Positions 37,832-52,228 of a stretch of 64,000 bases of DNA are shown piece after piece. The stretch's first letter is position 1. Every line of letters starts with the position of its first letter. The translations under genes and the position numbers were made by a program. The notes under the pieces are model-generated. The model was given only the letters and a program-made list of their open reading frames with translations, had not been told where the DNA came from and did no database searches. This stretch comes from Octopus sinensis (Eukaryota): contig NC_043002.1 in NCBI RefSeq assembly GCF_006345805.1, positions 18,786,001 to 18,850,000 on the forward strand, written 5' to 3'.

Positions 37832-37872
<41 letters not shown>

Positions 37873-37926
37873 TATATCTGTCTATCAGTCTGTCTGTTTC
37901 TCTTTCTCTCTCTCTCTGTGTCTCTC

Positions 37927-38085
<159 letters not shown>

Positions 38086-38122
38086 TAAGAGAAAGTTCTT
38101 GGTTGAGTATTATATATATGTG

Positions 38123-38351
38123 AAGAATGAGTAGAGATGGCTTTTTTGAGGAGATAATTTTTATTTTAATCTTAATAATACTGTTAACAGTGAGTGACCT
38201 AGGTTTCTGGATGTTGTCCGTCCTCAGTGTGAGACTGTCTTACTCTGAGGACGGATATCATCCAGAAACTTAGGTCGCTCACTGTAATCACTATTATTAA
38301 GATTAAAATAAAAAATTTATCCCCTCAAAAATGCCATCTCTACTCATTCTT
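38123..38351. repeat. Fold-back palindrome (about 105-bp arms) with partial hammerhead cores
   Basis: 38123-38227 is the reverse complement of 38245-38351 at about 90% identity. Confidence 0.85.
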
Positions 38352-38701
38352 TCAATATATGTTTATATGGATTCGCTGAGAAGTATATATGTGACCGAAC
38401 ACCCTCCACTCCAGAACTGAAAGAGTGTCAGAAATAGAAAGAAAATTCGTTCAGTTCTCCATTCAGCCTACAAGTTTCAACTAACGTACATGCTAATTAG
38501 CCATTCTCAGAGTGAAATAGGTAAAGTGAACGTTTCCCCGACGCTATAAACACTTAAAGCGAAACAGTTAAACATTCTCTTGTAATATTATGACAATAAT
38601 ATTTGCATAAATCATTTCGTATATATTTATTGATTTCTCAATAGTTTGACATTATTCTGCTGACGTTCCTTCGATAACAGATATCTTCATCAAAGTACTT
38701 C

Positions 38702-38851
38702 TCACGTGTGTCTATCGATCCAGTTTCGGAAATATCCGACGTCGCTGAAAGCACTGACATCTGTCTCACAATTATATCCAAAAGATGTTACTCCTGCCAA
38801 CACCATTTCACCATTTGATCTTGGACAATAAAGTGGACCACCAGAGTCACC
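38702..38851 (-). CDS. Protease C exon 6
   Basis: GDSGGP...[29 protein letters not shown]. Confidence 0.95.
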   Translation of the reverse strand, partial: GDSGGPLYCPRSNGEMVLAGVTSFGYNCETDVSAFSDVGYFRNWIDRHT

Positions 38852-39567
38852 CTACAAAAACACAAATAATATATCTATATATTGTTCTTGAAATTCACAG
38901 ATGTTGAATTATTTTACGAAATATAATTTTTTGGTCAAGTTACACAACAGGGTAAATTTCTTATTGTGATAAACAGTTTTCTTTTCACTACATTGAAAAT
39001 GTGTCCGATATCTTTGCATTAATACACACACACACAGACACACACTCAAACACACACACACACACACACACATCTAAAATGTGCATCAGTGAGATATTAA
39101 AATAGGTATATACTATAGTATCAATACTGTATACCTGGCAAGTAGCTGCTCCACCTGGTTTGAAATCCCCGGCACAAAGAATTCCTTCAGCAATTCGCAT
39201 CCCAGATCTTCTTTTACAAACATCATGGGGAATAGCTGGAAGGGCCACTTTATATAATTCGTGAGGGCTATTTCCGTTGACTGAAAGGAATACAAATCGA
39301 GTGATGATTAATATCGATCAACAACAATTTAATTCAAATATGAATATTTGATGAAACTATATTGATACTTACAAAAGAGACTTCCCCATCCAGCAGCGAT
39401 ACATCTTTTATGATCAAATGTTTCTCCTTGATTGGCCATAGTTGCAAATTTCACACATCCTTCTTCACGGACTGGCCTGCTCAAAGTCAATATGGCGATG
39501 TCGTTCTCTTCAAAAATAAAATAGGTATAAGATAGATATAAATGCCAGCTTGTCATGCATTAGAGAC

Positions 39568-39650
<83 letters not shown>

Positions 39651-41371
39651 TGTGTGTGTGTGTGTGTGTGAAAAGGTTGAATTATATTTCATCCTTTACT
39701 TTGGAGGGTTCCAAAGGGCGATTCCTAACAAAAATATTTCATATTTTGCTGGTAGTTTACTGGCGTAGGATTTATGCGAATATGAAAATATTACTTATAT
39801 ATGATGTGTTATGAGAATTTATGGAAAGGTATCCAATAGAAACTCAATAAATTTGTTAGAAATGGAGAAGAGAAGTATTTAAATACATCGTACGATCGTT
39901 TCAAACAGCGATATTATCATGTAAATCCATGGTAGAATAATTAAAACTAATTTGATGAAATTAAAATAATTAGATATCATTGTTCTTCTCAGTGCAACAA
40001 GTATACAACAGAAAATTATTATTATTACAGTAGACTTGATGAATGAGATAGCAGATAACAAATTCGGATATGTGTATTTTATCCATATGAAACAATTGAG
40101 AGCATACTAAAGAATGTGAGTCTAGCTGTGTATAAACTAAAACTGATGCAGTTAACGGTTATATGAAAATTTGAGTGAAAAAATGTTTAAGAGACGTTCC
40201 CTCTATAGAAGAGTAAGTAGCTAAATAATTCAAGCTCTAAATAAGTCATTCGTTATAGGAAGTTTAATAGAGGTGTCCAATGGAAAAGCATAATTATGTT
40301 TGAATGAGGATATCATTTGACAGTTATAAGTAAAGTAGATACGGTGTATATTTAAAAACAAAAATTGTGTGTGAGAATGAATTTAAGCTAGAGGGATTAT
40401 TTAAATAGTAGGCTGCTAGAATGCAACGAGAACAACAGTTAATATAAATATTTCAAGAGCTATATATAATGGAAATGTGTTACTGTAAGTACTTATATTC
40501 ATTTGTGTGTATTAAATATAAGTTAACAAAAAAATTAAAATAGGAAAATTAGTTGTTAATATTACAGAATTAAAATAGTAAATATTGCTGTGGCTATAAA
40601 AATTAAAAGAACTTTCAGAGGTATAATAGATATTGTAAGAACGTTCAGAGGTATAATAGATATTGTAAGACGAAAATCAATAATGTAGGGAAGATAATAA
40701 AGCTAGGAAAAGTTAGAAATTTTTAATAAATGTTATAGTTATTGATATTTATTAGGTTGACTATGTTTATGTATTAATAAAAATGTGAGTTAAGAATTTA
40801 GCTTGGCATAAGGTGAGAGGGAAATATATAGTAATATTATGTAAGTAATGAGTGTTTAACTAATGTAAGGTTATTGTGCATTGTATATAAGTAAAATAAT
40901 TTTTATCTGTTTATGGAGTATGAAATATACAAAAATAATTTATATATAAAAGGAGACTTATAATGGAAAAGAATTCATAGTGTATACTGATTCATTTGCA
41001 GAGAACATATCTGCGAAATAGTATACTTGGATTTATGTATTCTAGCAGTTTTTCAAGTTGAATTATTTGAGGGTGTATATGAAAAGAAAGAACAGCGTAC
41101 AAGACAAATAACATTACATTGGGCTCGTATCAAAGTACGACAGGCTGAAACAAAGTATTTTATATTTCAAGGCTGGCAGCCAAGACTGCCTGGTATGCGA
41201 ATAAGAATCGAAGATGGAGTAGAGCAGAACCTCGGAATTTGTAAGTAGCCAAGCGGCGTGTTTACCTCAGGCTACTTTTCAGGCCAAGGGCATCTTGATT
41301 ATAGGGATTTTACTTTGTCGTTAGGAGGCCCACGTTAACACACAGAGGAACAATTAAAATATAACATATGT

Positions 41372-41460
<89 letters not shown>

Positions 41461-42509
41461 CGCCCGCATTGACTTTTGGTAAGGACACCGTATTTTGTTT
41501 TGTAACCATAACATACTGTGAAGTTGTGAAGACATGTGGCTTAGTGGTTAGGGTATATTGCACGCGATCGTAGGGTCGCGAGTTCGATTCCCGGCAGCGT
41601 GTAGTGTCCTTGAGTAAGACACTTTATTTCACGGTGCGCCAATCCTCTCAGCTGGCAAAAATTAGTAGTACCTTATTTCAAGGGGCCGGCCTTGTCACAC
41701 TCTGAGAAGTATGAAGGGGTACACGTGTCCGTGGAGCGCTCAGCCACTTACAGTTATTTTTTGCACTATCAAATATAATAACAGCTTCTAAGTAAATGTT
41801 GTATCCTATCTTTGGTGTTAGCAGTGCGTTGTTTTCATTTTCAAGTATATCTTCTTTCTTTTATTCGTTTATTTCTTTCATTTGACTGTGGCCATGCTAG
41901 AGCACTGCCCTTAGTCGAACAAATCGACTCCAGGGTTTATTCTTTGTAAGCGTAGTACTTATTCTATCGGTCCCTTTTGCCGTACCGCTAATTTACGGGG
42001 ACGTAAACACACCAAAATCAGTTGTCAAGCAATGGTGGGGACAATCATACACATACACACAGAAACACACATACATATACACACAGACACTCCAACACAT
42101 TTACACAGATACACATATACATATGTACAGATGAGGATAGGCACTTTGAACAAGTGCCTTCTATTGTTGTACGCGGCCAGTCAAAGCCCTGGAAGTAGAT
42201 TTGGTAGACAGAAACGGAAACAAGACTACGATATGTATGTATGTAGGAATGTACATGTACGTATGTATTATGTATCTATCGGGCATGTGGAGTAGTGTGT
42301 AAATCGGCAGGAGGACTTAAACGACAAGCAAAGGTACATGAAGCCCAGTTACAACTACAGCCGACTATTACCAGTAAATGTTTTAGTTGCCAATTTTGTA
42401 CAAGACATTGTAGATCTTTAGCTGGGCTAAAAAGTCACATTCGATCACAGCACCAATAACAGTTAAGCTTCGTGCAATGGCCATACTCGATAATGAGGGG
42501 GCAGCCATA

Positions 42510-42542
<33 letters not shown>

Positions 42543-45500
42543 TGTATGTATGTATGTATGTATGTATGTATACATGCATGCATGTATGTATGTATGTATG
42601 TATGCATGTATGTATGCATGCATGTATGTATGTATGTATGTATGTATGTATGTATGTATGTATGTATGTATGTATGTATGTATGTATGTATGCATGTATG
42701 TGTGGGTGTGTAGTGTGTGTGTGTATCAAAGAGGGATGCTGAAAAGACCCTGTTTTTAAGGGTTTTCTGGAAGGCCTCGCTGGAGGCCCAAACTGTCAAG
42801 TTCTTTTACAAGGTGTAGAATAACTGATGGGCTGCTACAATAAGTGTGTGAATCTGAGAAGGAATATGTTGAATGAAATCATAATTAACTGATCCGCCTG
42901 TGTATTGATTTTCACCCAAAACAGTGAACCTTTCAGCACCCACTCGTATGTATGTATGTATGTATGTATGTATGTATGTATGTATGTATGTATGTATGTA
43001 TGTATGTATGTATGCGCATATATATATATACATCGTCGTTGTAATCCACATCACTATATTCTGTAGTAGTGACTACCGAGAAATGCTAATGCGGATATTC
43101 TTTGGCATACAACTTTAATTAAGATAAGAAGATCTAGAATGACTGAATAATGGCAGCTGGGATAAATACTGATGAAGAAATATCGGTGTTTAGACATTTC
43201 TTGCAGACACACTAAAATGAAAACACCAAAACCATAGCTATCATATACTGACATTAAATTGCAGTGGATGAAACACTGATATTTACTGATAAATGGTGAG
43301 AAGAAAGAGAAAATTTATAGGAAAGTGTATGAAGATATTGTAATACACACTTATGAGGTAGGGTTGGTGAACGAAATCTTCATGTGTCACATTTTTAATT
43401 GCATTTGTTGACTGAGGACCAGGAATCGACAAGCGGTTGGTACCAATATCTACTCTAACTTCTCTGTTACGTCTTTCTCTAAAATCAAATAGAATTTGCA
43501 AAATCTTTAACAGGGAATCATTTTACATCGTCATGTGCTTGAAATTCTCCTCGATACTAAAACGTTTGTCTATTCTTTATCGTATTATAACATATGTATC
43601 TTTAAAAGTCACTGTTATTATCAAAAGTCGTTGTTCATTTAAATACTATCATTCGAACAGTGTGTGTGTTACTAAAATATAATTCTATTGGTGTTATTGG
43701 TCTGAAAAGTATTATACATACACGAACTAAAATGAGTAATTAACATATGTGGAAGAATGTTCCAAGATTGAAGCGATGTGTTTATTTGAGAAAGGATTTT
43801 TTTTCAGTTGAAAACCGAATATATCCTTTAACTAAATATCTCAACCCGTTTATGGTGAAAGGCAATTATCGGACGTTTCTTGGAAACATAATGTTCAATG
43901 TGAATTGTAATCTGATATTAAAGCCAGTATATATGTTGGTATATACACTAACTAATTGTTTCCAAACTTTATAGGGTTTTACATCAATATATTACATCAA
44001 GTTATGTGAATTATTGATATAAAGACGTCAATATGCACTGTGTATATACTTACAGACAGTGAGCTGCGGTCAATACGTGTGTAGAATCAATCAAAGTACC
44101 ACCACATACATTAGCAAATGTAATACCCATGCTACCTTTGGGGCGATCAGATATTGTGAGATGGACAATAGATGGAAATTCGCAGTTAGCTGCTGGAGAT
44201 CCACCGACGATCTGTTCGGCAGGTGCTGAAGGAAAATCAGAAAATAAAATAAATATACATTTCTAGGAGAGTTATTCTTGAATGTCTACAATATATCTAT
44301 TGTGAATTTAATGGTTGTAATTTTGTAAGAATTTATTATTAGGTTGTAATTATCGTTCTTTTAATGTTCAAGGAAACAATAAAAAATAATATCTGATTTA
44401 CTTAATCGTTAATATAGTCACTATTCTTTTATGTGACCTCTTTTTAATGCCACGTTCATAAAATTCCTTAAGTTTAGAAGTAAAAAATGAAATTAACTCG
44501 TTTTTTAAGCTCAGCTCTGGAAGTAAATCTTAATCCACTCAAACAATTTTGTAAATTTCTAAAGAGATGGTAATTTATAGGTGTAAGGCACGGAGAATAT
44601 TGTTGGTGGAGCAGAATTTTCCAAGCATATTTTTCAAGGAGATCTTTGGTCTTTAATGCAGTGTGAGGTCTCGCGTTATCATGATGACTCCATTACTGTT
44701 TGTTAATGATGGACGCATTCTGCTGTACCATTGCTTCCAAACGTCTTAGATGTCGGCAGTATATATTGGCTGTTGTTGTTTGAATATGCTCAACCAGGTC
44801 GCGATGAATTATTCCACTCACACGCCGCCATACACTCAGAAGCATTCGTTTTGGATTCAGGCCACTTCTGAGCTGCTGAGCTAGTTTTTCACCATGACTG
44901 AGCCACTGACGTTATTGCTTTACATTATGGTAAAGTATTCAATTTTCATCTCCAGTAATGATTCTATTCAAAGAAGGCATTTTCAGTTCACGAGATTCCA
45001 ATGAAGTACAGCAGTCGACACGCTGTTTGTAACTGTCTGCAAAGAGACCATGTGGGACCCATTTTCCCACATTTGTCACTTAACCAAGCCTTTTCAATTC
45101 ACGCTCGATGAATGATCGTATGGCTCACAGTGAAGTCCATACTTAAATCTTGAACCGTATTAGTCTGGTTTGCTTCAACAGTGGCTTCCAATGCACCAGA
45201 ACCGAACACACTTGGACGCCCTAATCTTGATTGATCCTGCAGGCTGTAGTCATCGTATCCGAATGGTTAAAACCATTTTCTGAGTGATCTTTCAGTCATT
45301 ACGCTATCACTGTAAGTGTTTTGCGGGAATTTTGTTTCTAAACTTGCATTATTTCCTTTTTGAAATTTATAAAGAAAAGCGTTCTTTGCTAGGAGTGAAC
45401 ACGGGGCCAATATAACAACATTAATTAAGACAAGCCTGAAAAAATCTGAAAGAAAAGGAAAAGTTATTATTCATCAATGATTTCGTCGCATTTTAACTAG

Positions 45501-45792
45501 AACTGAGAAGTTAAATACCTTTAAATTAAACTAGATATTTACTTTAAGAAACACGGACAGAAGTTTCGCTACAACTTGATATATTTAAAAAATCAGTTTC
45601 AAATTATCTTTTCATATGAAATTAATGATTTAAAAATGTATGTAGAATTCACTGAAACCAGTATTAGCAAAGATATCAACTGGAATGCAGACGACATTTG
45701 AAGTTTCATCACGGAAAACCCTTCGTCCGGAGATATGACTTACCAGCAAAAACTGAAGCAACCGTAACAAGAAGGCAACACAGAGACAACAT
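38702..45792 (-). CDS. S1A chymotrypsin-like serine protease, copy C (intact, 6 exons, 259 aa)
   Basis: Exons 45792-45744, 44225-44054, 43478-43351, 39507-39373, 39280-39135, 38851-38702 in phase; full His/Asp/Ser triad; ATG intact. Confidence 0.95.
39135..39280 (-). CDS. Protease C exon 5
   Basis: [16 protein letters not shown]...ILCAGDFKPGGAATCQ. Confidence 0.95.
39373..39507 (-). CDS. Protease C exon 4
   Basis: [44 protein letters not shown]. Confidence 0.95.
43351..43478 (-). CDS. Protease C exon 3
   Basis: LERRNREVRVDIGTNRLSIPGPQSTNAIKNVTHEDFVHQPYLI. Confidence 0.9.
44054..44225 (-). CDS. Protease C exon 2
   Basis: IVGG...SDRPKGSMGITFANVCGG...TAAHC, 172 nt. Confidence 0.95.
45744..45792 (-). 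CDS. Protease C exon 1
   Basis: [16 protein letters not shown]. Confidence 0.92.
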
Positions 45793-45831
45793 GGTGGCAC
45801 TAGATGTGAAGTTACTGGTGTAGAAAGATTG

Positions 45832-45868
45832 AACTGATGCTAGAGTTATGGAGAGTGTAGTATTTATA
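45832..45868 (-). promoter_or_regulatory. TATA box + Inr of protease C
   Basis: TATAAATA (45868-45861) and TCAGTT (45837-45832). Confidence 0.7.
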
Positions 45869-48589
45869 GATGAGTATCATTTGGGAACAACTTGGAGAAA
45901 AGAACAGCTGTAATCATCCATCAATATACTAAAAATATAGCAAAGAACAACAGAAAATGTTTTAATGTAAGATATTTTTTGTTGTCATCTAAAATCAATA
46001 AAAAATTTTCAATATTTCAGTAAAGTTTTGTTCTAATTTCTATTGAATACTTCTATCTTTTGAAATGTAATACTTGAAATTCGTATAACTTCAAAGCATT
46101 TCCAATATTTTATATGTATACATTAAAAACGATTACCTTTTGTGTTTTGTGTGATGAAATATATTTTATTGTGTTGACCATTCAGATGATTTCTATAGGG
46201 ATTGAGCCATCCAAATATTATTCCACCACTCATCCAAATATTATTCCATCACCCGAAAATGGTGCATAGATATTTCCAGTTTATAAATATTTCCTGCAAA
46301 AATAAACAAAGGGATATACATTGGTATTTGTATCCTTGTTTTGGTTGCTATGGTAATAACATTTCGGCCGATGTGCCCTTCAGTCTTTTTAAGTTCCTGT
46401 CGTATACCGTGACCATCACAGAATTTCGAACCGAACCGTGGAGCTATGGATCGATTTAATTTCAATATGCATATCAGGACTATTCTCCCATTAGTTATTC
46501 TTCTTACATGTGATGCTTCCTCTGTCCTCTTAAATCAAACTCTATAGTATATGTTTGCGTGACCAGGGATAGAACTCACGCTTATTAGCTTGGTCACTAC
46601 ACTTAACGTTTTATCAATGCTTACATTCATTGTACCGTTGTAGTGTAAGACAATTATACAATGGAACCTGGGACTTTAAAACTAAATCTATTATGGCCAT
46701 AAGTTAAATGTTCTCTCACTCTCAAATGTAGGCTCCTGTAAAGTGTTAAGTCTACTATTGATTTTCGAGAATGTCTCTCTTAAAGACCCCAAAAGAGCAT
46801 GCTATGATGCCCAATAGTTGTGTGTATTCCGTCTAATATATTAGTTGTGAGAAGAAATATAAAGGTGAGACATTTCTACACTTTGAAGGATAGAAAGACA
46901 GTCATGATCGATCACTTGTTAACAGAAAAAGGAGTCAGAGATCTTTGTGAAACAAAGTCAAAAGAAAATATAAGAAGCAATACTTGAAGTTACGACTACT
47001 GGAAGAACCGCTGTACATGCAGTATATGCTGCAATAGGGTAACTTGCTTCGTAATCCCAACTAAAGGATGAATACTTTATGAGAACCTTCATTTTAGAAA
47101 GAAATCTATAACCATAAAAAGCAAGGATTAGACATTCTAGTTTCAATTGTTAATTAAACTGCAGAACGTCAGTGGTTATAAGCGTTGATGAAATGTTATC
47201 GGTAATATAAGAGTTAGTGGATCAAAGTTCCATTTTTGAGGTCACTCAAGCATTATCCAGTGGAGTTCCATCAGAAAGAACATAGTAAGATTATATTAAG
47301 AGGAGAAAAGCATTGATGTGTAAAACGGAATGAGAGCATCCTTGTCTATAATAATAAAAGCGAAATTGTCTGTCCGTGAGGGACCCGTATACCTTTTTGG
47401 AATCAGGATGATTCCGGGATTGAACATCTGCCCTTCGTTTGGTTCTTGAACATCAAGCATTGGGAGCTGATTTAAAAGCATTCGTGTCGATGTTTCTGGC
47501 GGGTAAAGATTGGCTGATTCACACCATCTTGGTTGGCATTTGTCAGATCTAGGGTGAGATAAATGGCTTTCGCTTCGTTAATTTTACGTCGAGATAAGAA
47601 CTCTTTGGGACAAACAGGTCGACAGTTGGAATCCAACTTGGGACTGGAACAATAGAATAATTGCATTAGAGAATTAATTATCAACCATCTTTAACATCTG
47701 ATCAAACCCCCCGGGCCACATAGTCATTATAGACGTTATATTCCTGCTATTCTTCTCTTTTTAGTTTTTGGCCACAGACCCAAATAGCCCTCACGCAGGA
47801 CCCAGCTTAAAAGTCCGCACGGTGTGTAGATTTTAAGCAAATGTTTAATAAATGTCGTGGTTCGATACTTCAATAACTTTACGGATTACGAAAGGCACCT
47901 GGTAAAGTACTGAAGGCTAAACACATTAAACGCTGTGACTATTATCGTAATAAGATATTCCTTATTCCTTATTGTAATAATGATATTCCTTATTCACAAG
48001 GAATTCAGACAAAATATTATTTAAGTCTTAAAGTATAACATATTCTATAGCATTTATGTAATTGCCAAAATATCTACGTTTTAACTATAATTAAGTCATG
48101 ATTTCGTTTTAAAATTAATATCGACATCTTTGATTTATTAGCGGGATTTTCACTGTGAATAAGGATGCCTAATCTTTTTATCCTTTTTCAGTGATTAGAA
48201 TGCGGCCATCCTGGGACACTGCCTTGAAGAATCGACCCCAATACTCTTTTTTAAGTCGGGTACTTATTCTATTGGCGTCTTTTGCCGAACTGATCATTTA
48301 CGGGATGACAAGCAAACCAACACCGGTTGTCAAACGGTAATCGGACACACATACACACACACACATTATTACGGACTCTCCCGTCGAAGACAACCTATGA
48401 ATGTTCAGTGAGATGTCAAGAACCCCCCCCCCCAACCAGATGGACAATCAGCAACACACCCACATTACAATTACCACAATTCACCAACGCTTGCAAGTCA
48501 TTCATTTTACCTGGTGACTCCACATGTGAACCTTCAGGCCACCAAAAACAATATGGATATCAGCATGAGCATGACATATTAAACTAGTA

Positions 48590-48990
48590 CGTGATCGAAC
48601 TAAGAAATCACATTAGAGACAATGGTTGTTTGCGATTAGACTGTTGTTCTGTTGATTCGTTTTCCTGTTTTCGCGAAACTGCTCTTCATGTTGTACCCCT
48701 TTGACTTCGAAATTTTCAATCTAGAAAAATTACTCTCTTCTCCAGTCCGCACGGTTTCTCGCAAGATACTCAAAGTTTTCTTTCCTAATACTCAGGCATT
48801 TCAGATTTACTTTTTAATTTGTCCTTATACCGTAGAGGTGGCCGGCATACATTACGCCGTGAATTAAGAAGCTGACCATAAAAGATTTGCTTGGGCATTC
48901 GACTACAGTTCATGTGAAGGATGTGCCCACACCATCGCATCTGAGACTTTCTTTCAAAAATTTGCCATAAAGGCATGACACAGAGTAGCT
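48590..48990 (-). mobile_element. RTE LINE 3' remnant
   Basis: QMRWCGHILHMNCSRMPKQIFYGQL...RYKDKLK. Confidence 0.7.
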
Positions 48991-49306
48991 TGCGGGCTGG
49001 ACAAAAACATTCGGTCTTGACACCGGGTAGACGTCATTAGATAGTCGTGTCCTAAGAGTCCGACAGAGGATTGCAACAGTATATAATTGCGTATTAGGAC
49101 AATTTTTGGTACATATGACTGGAGTTTGTGTCTCGTTTCTGTTCCAGTATTATAGTGTTAGGAAAGTTTAGTGTTTAGACTGTGTTTAGAAGTTCCGTGT
49201 TTTGATGTAATAGAGTGTGGAGCAGCAATCTGTAGTTCTAGCTTCAATTATTCTTTGTTTGATGTTCTGGGTTGTTCCTACGATTGTCTATGCATATTCC
49301 TATAGA

Positions 49307-49368
<62 letters not shown>

Positions 49369-49374
49369 ACAACT

Positions 49375-49640
49375 GAAGGTCTCTTCAGAACCCCCTATAA
49401 CAACCAAAATCCGCTCTTCAACATCCTGAAGAGACGTAACTCCACAACCCTGGTCAAGCACATATGGACGTTGAAAGAAAGCACCACCGAGTACAGCATA
49501 AAGTGGAGGATTCTATAGAAATGTAAAGCGTACTTCAAAAGCAGCAGGAAGTACAATTTGTGCCTAGCTTAGGAAAGAGAGATTTTAAAGAGCTCCCAGT
49601 ATCCAGGCATCTTCCAGAATAGCAGAAATTAAATTGTTAA
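49375..49640 (+). mobile_element. Penelope GIY-YIG C-terminal remnant
   Basis: YNN...RNSTTLVKHIWTLKE...YSIKWRIL...NLCL..E, with stops. Confidence 0.65.
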
Positions 49641-50149
49641 CCCTTTCCCACATGAAAGTAAGTACATCCTACCATATCTGCGTGCCCCATCATGATTATA
49701 ATCACCAGTCCCCCAACTTTGGCCCTCCCCTAATACCTGGGAGTCCGGCAAAGAATTTTGACAAAAACATACGCAAACGCACCCACAACAAACACACACA
49801 CCCTAGCACGGCAGACATCCACCTAAAAGATTTAGTTCCACCCCAACACAAATATAAGTCCCTTCACATATTGTAACCCTGCAAACACCGCATGCATACA
49901 TAAATGCCACGAGAATTTAACCAAGGCAAAAGAAAAAAAACACACTTACGAACACATATGTTTATGACCCCCTAACCCCCCGCGAAAGCTATACATATAG
50001 TACCATTACACACAAGAACACTAACCTTATAATACCGTGCACATATGTGAATGGAATAGTGTAGTAGTAAGGCAGGCATCGAGAATAGATTTGGGTTACT
50101 GCAAGTTGTTTGTTAGAGCTGCTAAGATGAGCTAAAGCTCATAAATGTA

Positions 50150-52220
50150 TATAATAATTTATCATGGTAGTTTTTTAAAGAATCCATTCATAATAAATTT
50201 TTTTTAAGTAGTGTTGGTTTGCCACGTGGATATAGTTTTTAGTTCCATTTATTCTATTTCTCCATTCATAATTTTAAATGACGTTTACTTTCCATGGCGC
50301 GTATTCTTTTTTTACATAAGTTATATTTCTATGGTAACGTAATTTTGGTTTGATTTTTTTAACGGCTAAGAATTTAATTTCACTTCATAATTTGAAACTG
50401 ACTTGTAAGTATGTATTTTATTTCTCCTTATGTCTATTGTTATTTTTGATATTCTGGTTAATTACGATGTATTTAATGTTGTTTTTCATAGGATGTTTAT
50501 GTATATGAGATTGTGTGTGAGTTTTTAGTTGTATAATTTATTTATCTGTATGAGTGTGTGTGTAAATATTGTTGTATATATCGAGTTTAGTGAGTATGTA
50601 TATGCGTATATGTGAGGGAGTATATGTATCTGTTGTGTGTGTGTGTTTTGCGCGTGTGTGTGTTTGTGTGTGAATGTGTATATGGGTTTGTTATTTAGGT
50701 TTTGGGATGTATGTGTTAATTTGTCTGTGTGGGGAGGGAGTGGGTTTTTGGTGTATATTGAGGTTTATAAGTTAGTATAGGTATGTGTATAAGTCGTGGG
50801 TCTGTGGTTTACGTGTGGTATTTGTGTGTGAATGTTTAGGTTAGGGGGATTGCTATATAGGTTTGTTATAGAGTTTAGCAAAGGGAGATTTTATCGTTAT
50901 ATGTTTTTAAGAGTTTTGGTTTATCAAGGTTTTTTTTAGGGAATTCGTGGTAATTTGTCTATTTTCGATGTTGGTGTGTTTTATTACATTGTTTCATTCA
51001 TAATTTTTGAGTGGTGTTCGTTTTGCCACGTGAATATTATTTTTAATTCCATTTATTCCATTTCTCCATCCATTATTTTAAAAGATGTTCGTTCCAGAGC
51101 GGTTATACTTTTTATACATATGTTAAGTTCCTTGGTAAAGTAATTTTGTTTGGTGTATATGTTGAGGCTTATATGTACTTGTGGGTGTGTGTGAGTGGGG
51201 TGGGTGTTTGTATTTGTTATGGGTGTGTGGTTTACGTGTGTGTATTTGTGTGTGAATGTATAGGTTAAAGGGATTGCTATATAAGTATGTTATAGTGTTT
51301 AGTAAAGGGAGGTTTTATCATTTATGTTTTGTGAGTTTTAGCTTATCATGGTAGTTTTATAAAAGAATCCATTCATAATTTTTGTGTTATTTGTCTGTGT
51401 GGGGTTGAGTGGGTTTTGGAGTATATGTTGAGGTTTATATGTATAGGTATGTGTAAGTGGTGTGGGTATTTGTATATGTCGTGGGTGTGTGGTTTACGTG
51501 TGTGTATTTGTGTGTGAATGTTTAGGTTAGGGGAATTGCTATATAGGTATGTTATAGAGTTTAGTAAAGGGAGATTTTATCATTATATGTTTTTATGAGT
51601 TTTGTTTATCATGGTAGGTTTTGTTAGGAATTCGTAGTAATTTGTGTCTATTTGCGATGTCTGTTGTTTTATTGCATTGTTTCATTAATAATTTTTAAGT
51701 AGTGTTCGTTTTACCAAGTGAATATAATTTTTAATTTCATTTATTCCATTTCTCCGTTCATAATTTTAAGTGATGTCCGTTTTCTAGAGCGTGAATGTGG
51801 GTTGTAGGTGTGTGTGTGTGTGGGAGTATGAATAAGTATTGTGTTGAAGTATTTAGCTATTTTATTTATTTATAGTTGTCTAGACGTTTTTATGTGTATG
51901 TATAGGGATATATATATAGGTGTGTGATTTAGTGTATGTAGTTAGATATGGTTATATATAATTAGGTATATGTGTATGGGTGTATATATAGTTTATTATT
52001 ATATTATTATTATTTTTTTGTTTTGTTTTATATTTTATTTTATATTTTATATTTTATATTTAATTGTTGATAGGTTATTTTAGTTTATATATTGTTTATA
52101 TATTGATTATATATGGATTATATATAGGTTATATATGGATTATATATTTATATTTTTTCATTCATACTTTAATTATTTTAAAATTATTGTTTTTATATTT
52201 TAAAATATTGATATTTTAGA
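50150..52220. repeat. G/T-skewed imperfect tandem repeats
   Basis: About 200-bp unit at 50750, 51150 and 51420; second unit at 50190, 50990 and 51680. Confidence 0.7.
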
Positions 52221-52228
52221 TTGGAAGT

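Larger units (their letters stand above)
36796..37836. mobile_element. Non-coding hammerhead-bearing element (retrozyme/mini-Penelope-like), inverted plus tandem repeats
   Basis: Inverted arms 36796-37078 and 37181-37464; direct repeats about 37090-37376 and 37557-37836; three hammerhead motifs. Confidence 0.8.
38250..49510. repeat. Segmental duplication arm C (inverted to B; 40682-48035 is direct with 1-6885)
   Basis: Window position 1 matches 40682 (aatgtagggaagataataaagctagg). Confidence 0.9.
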
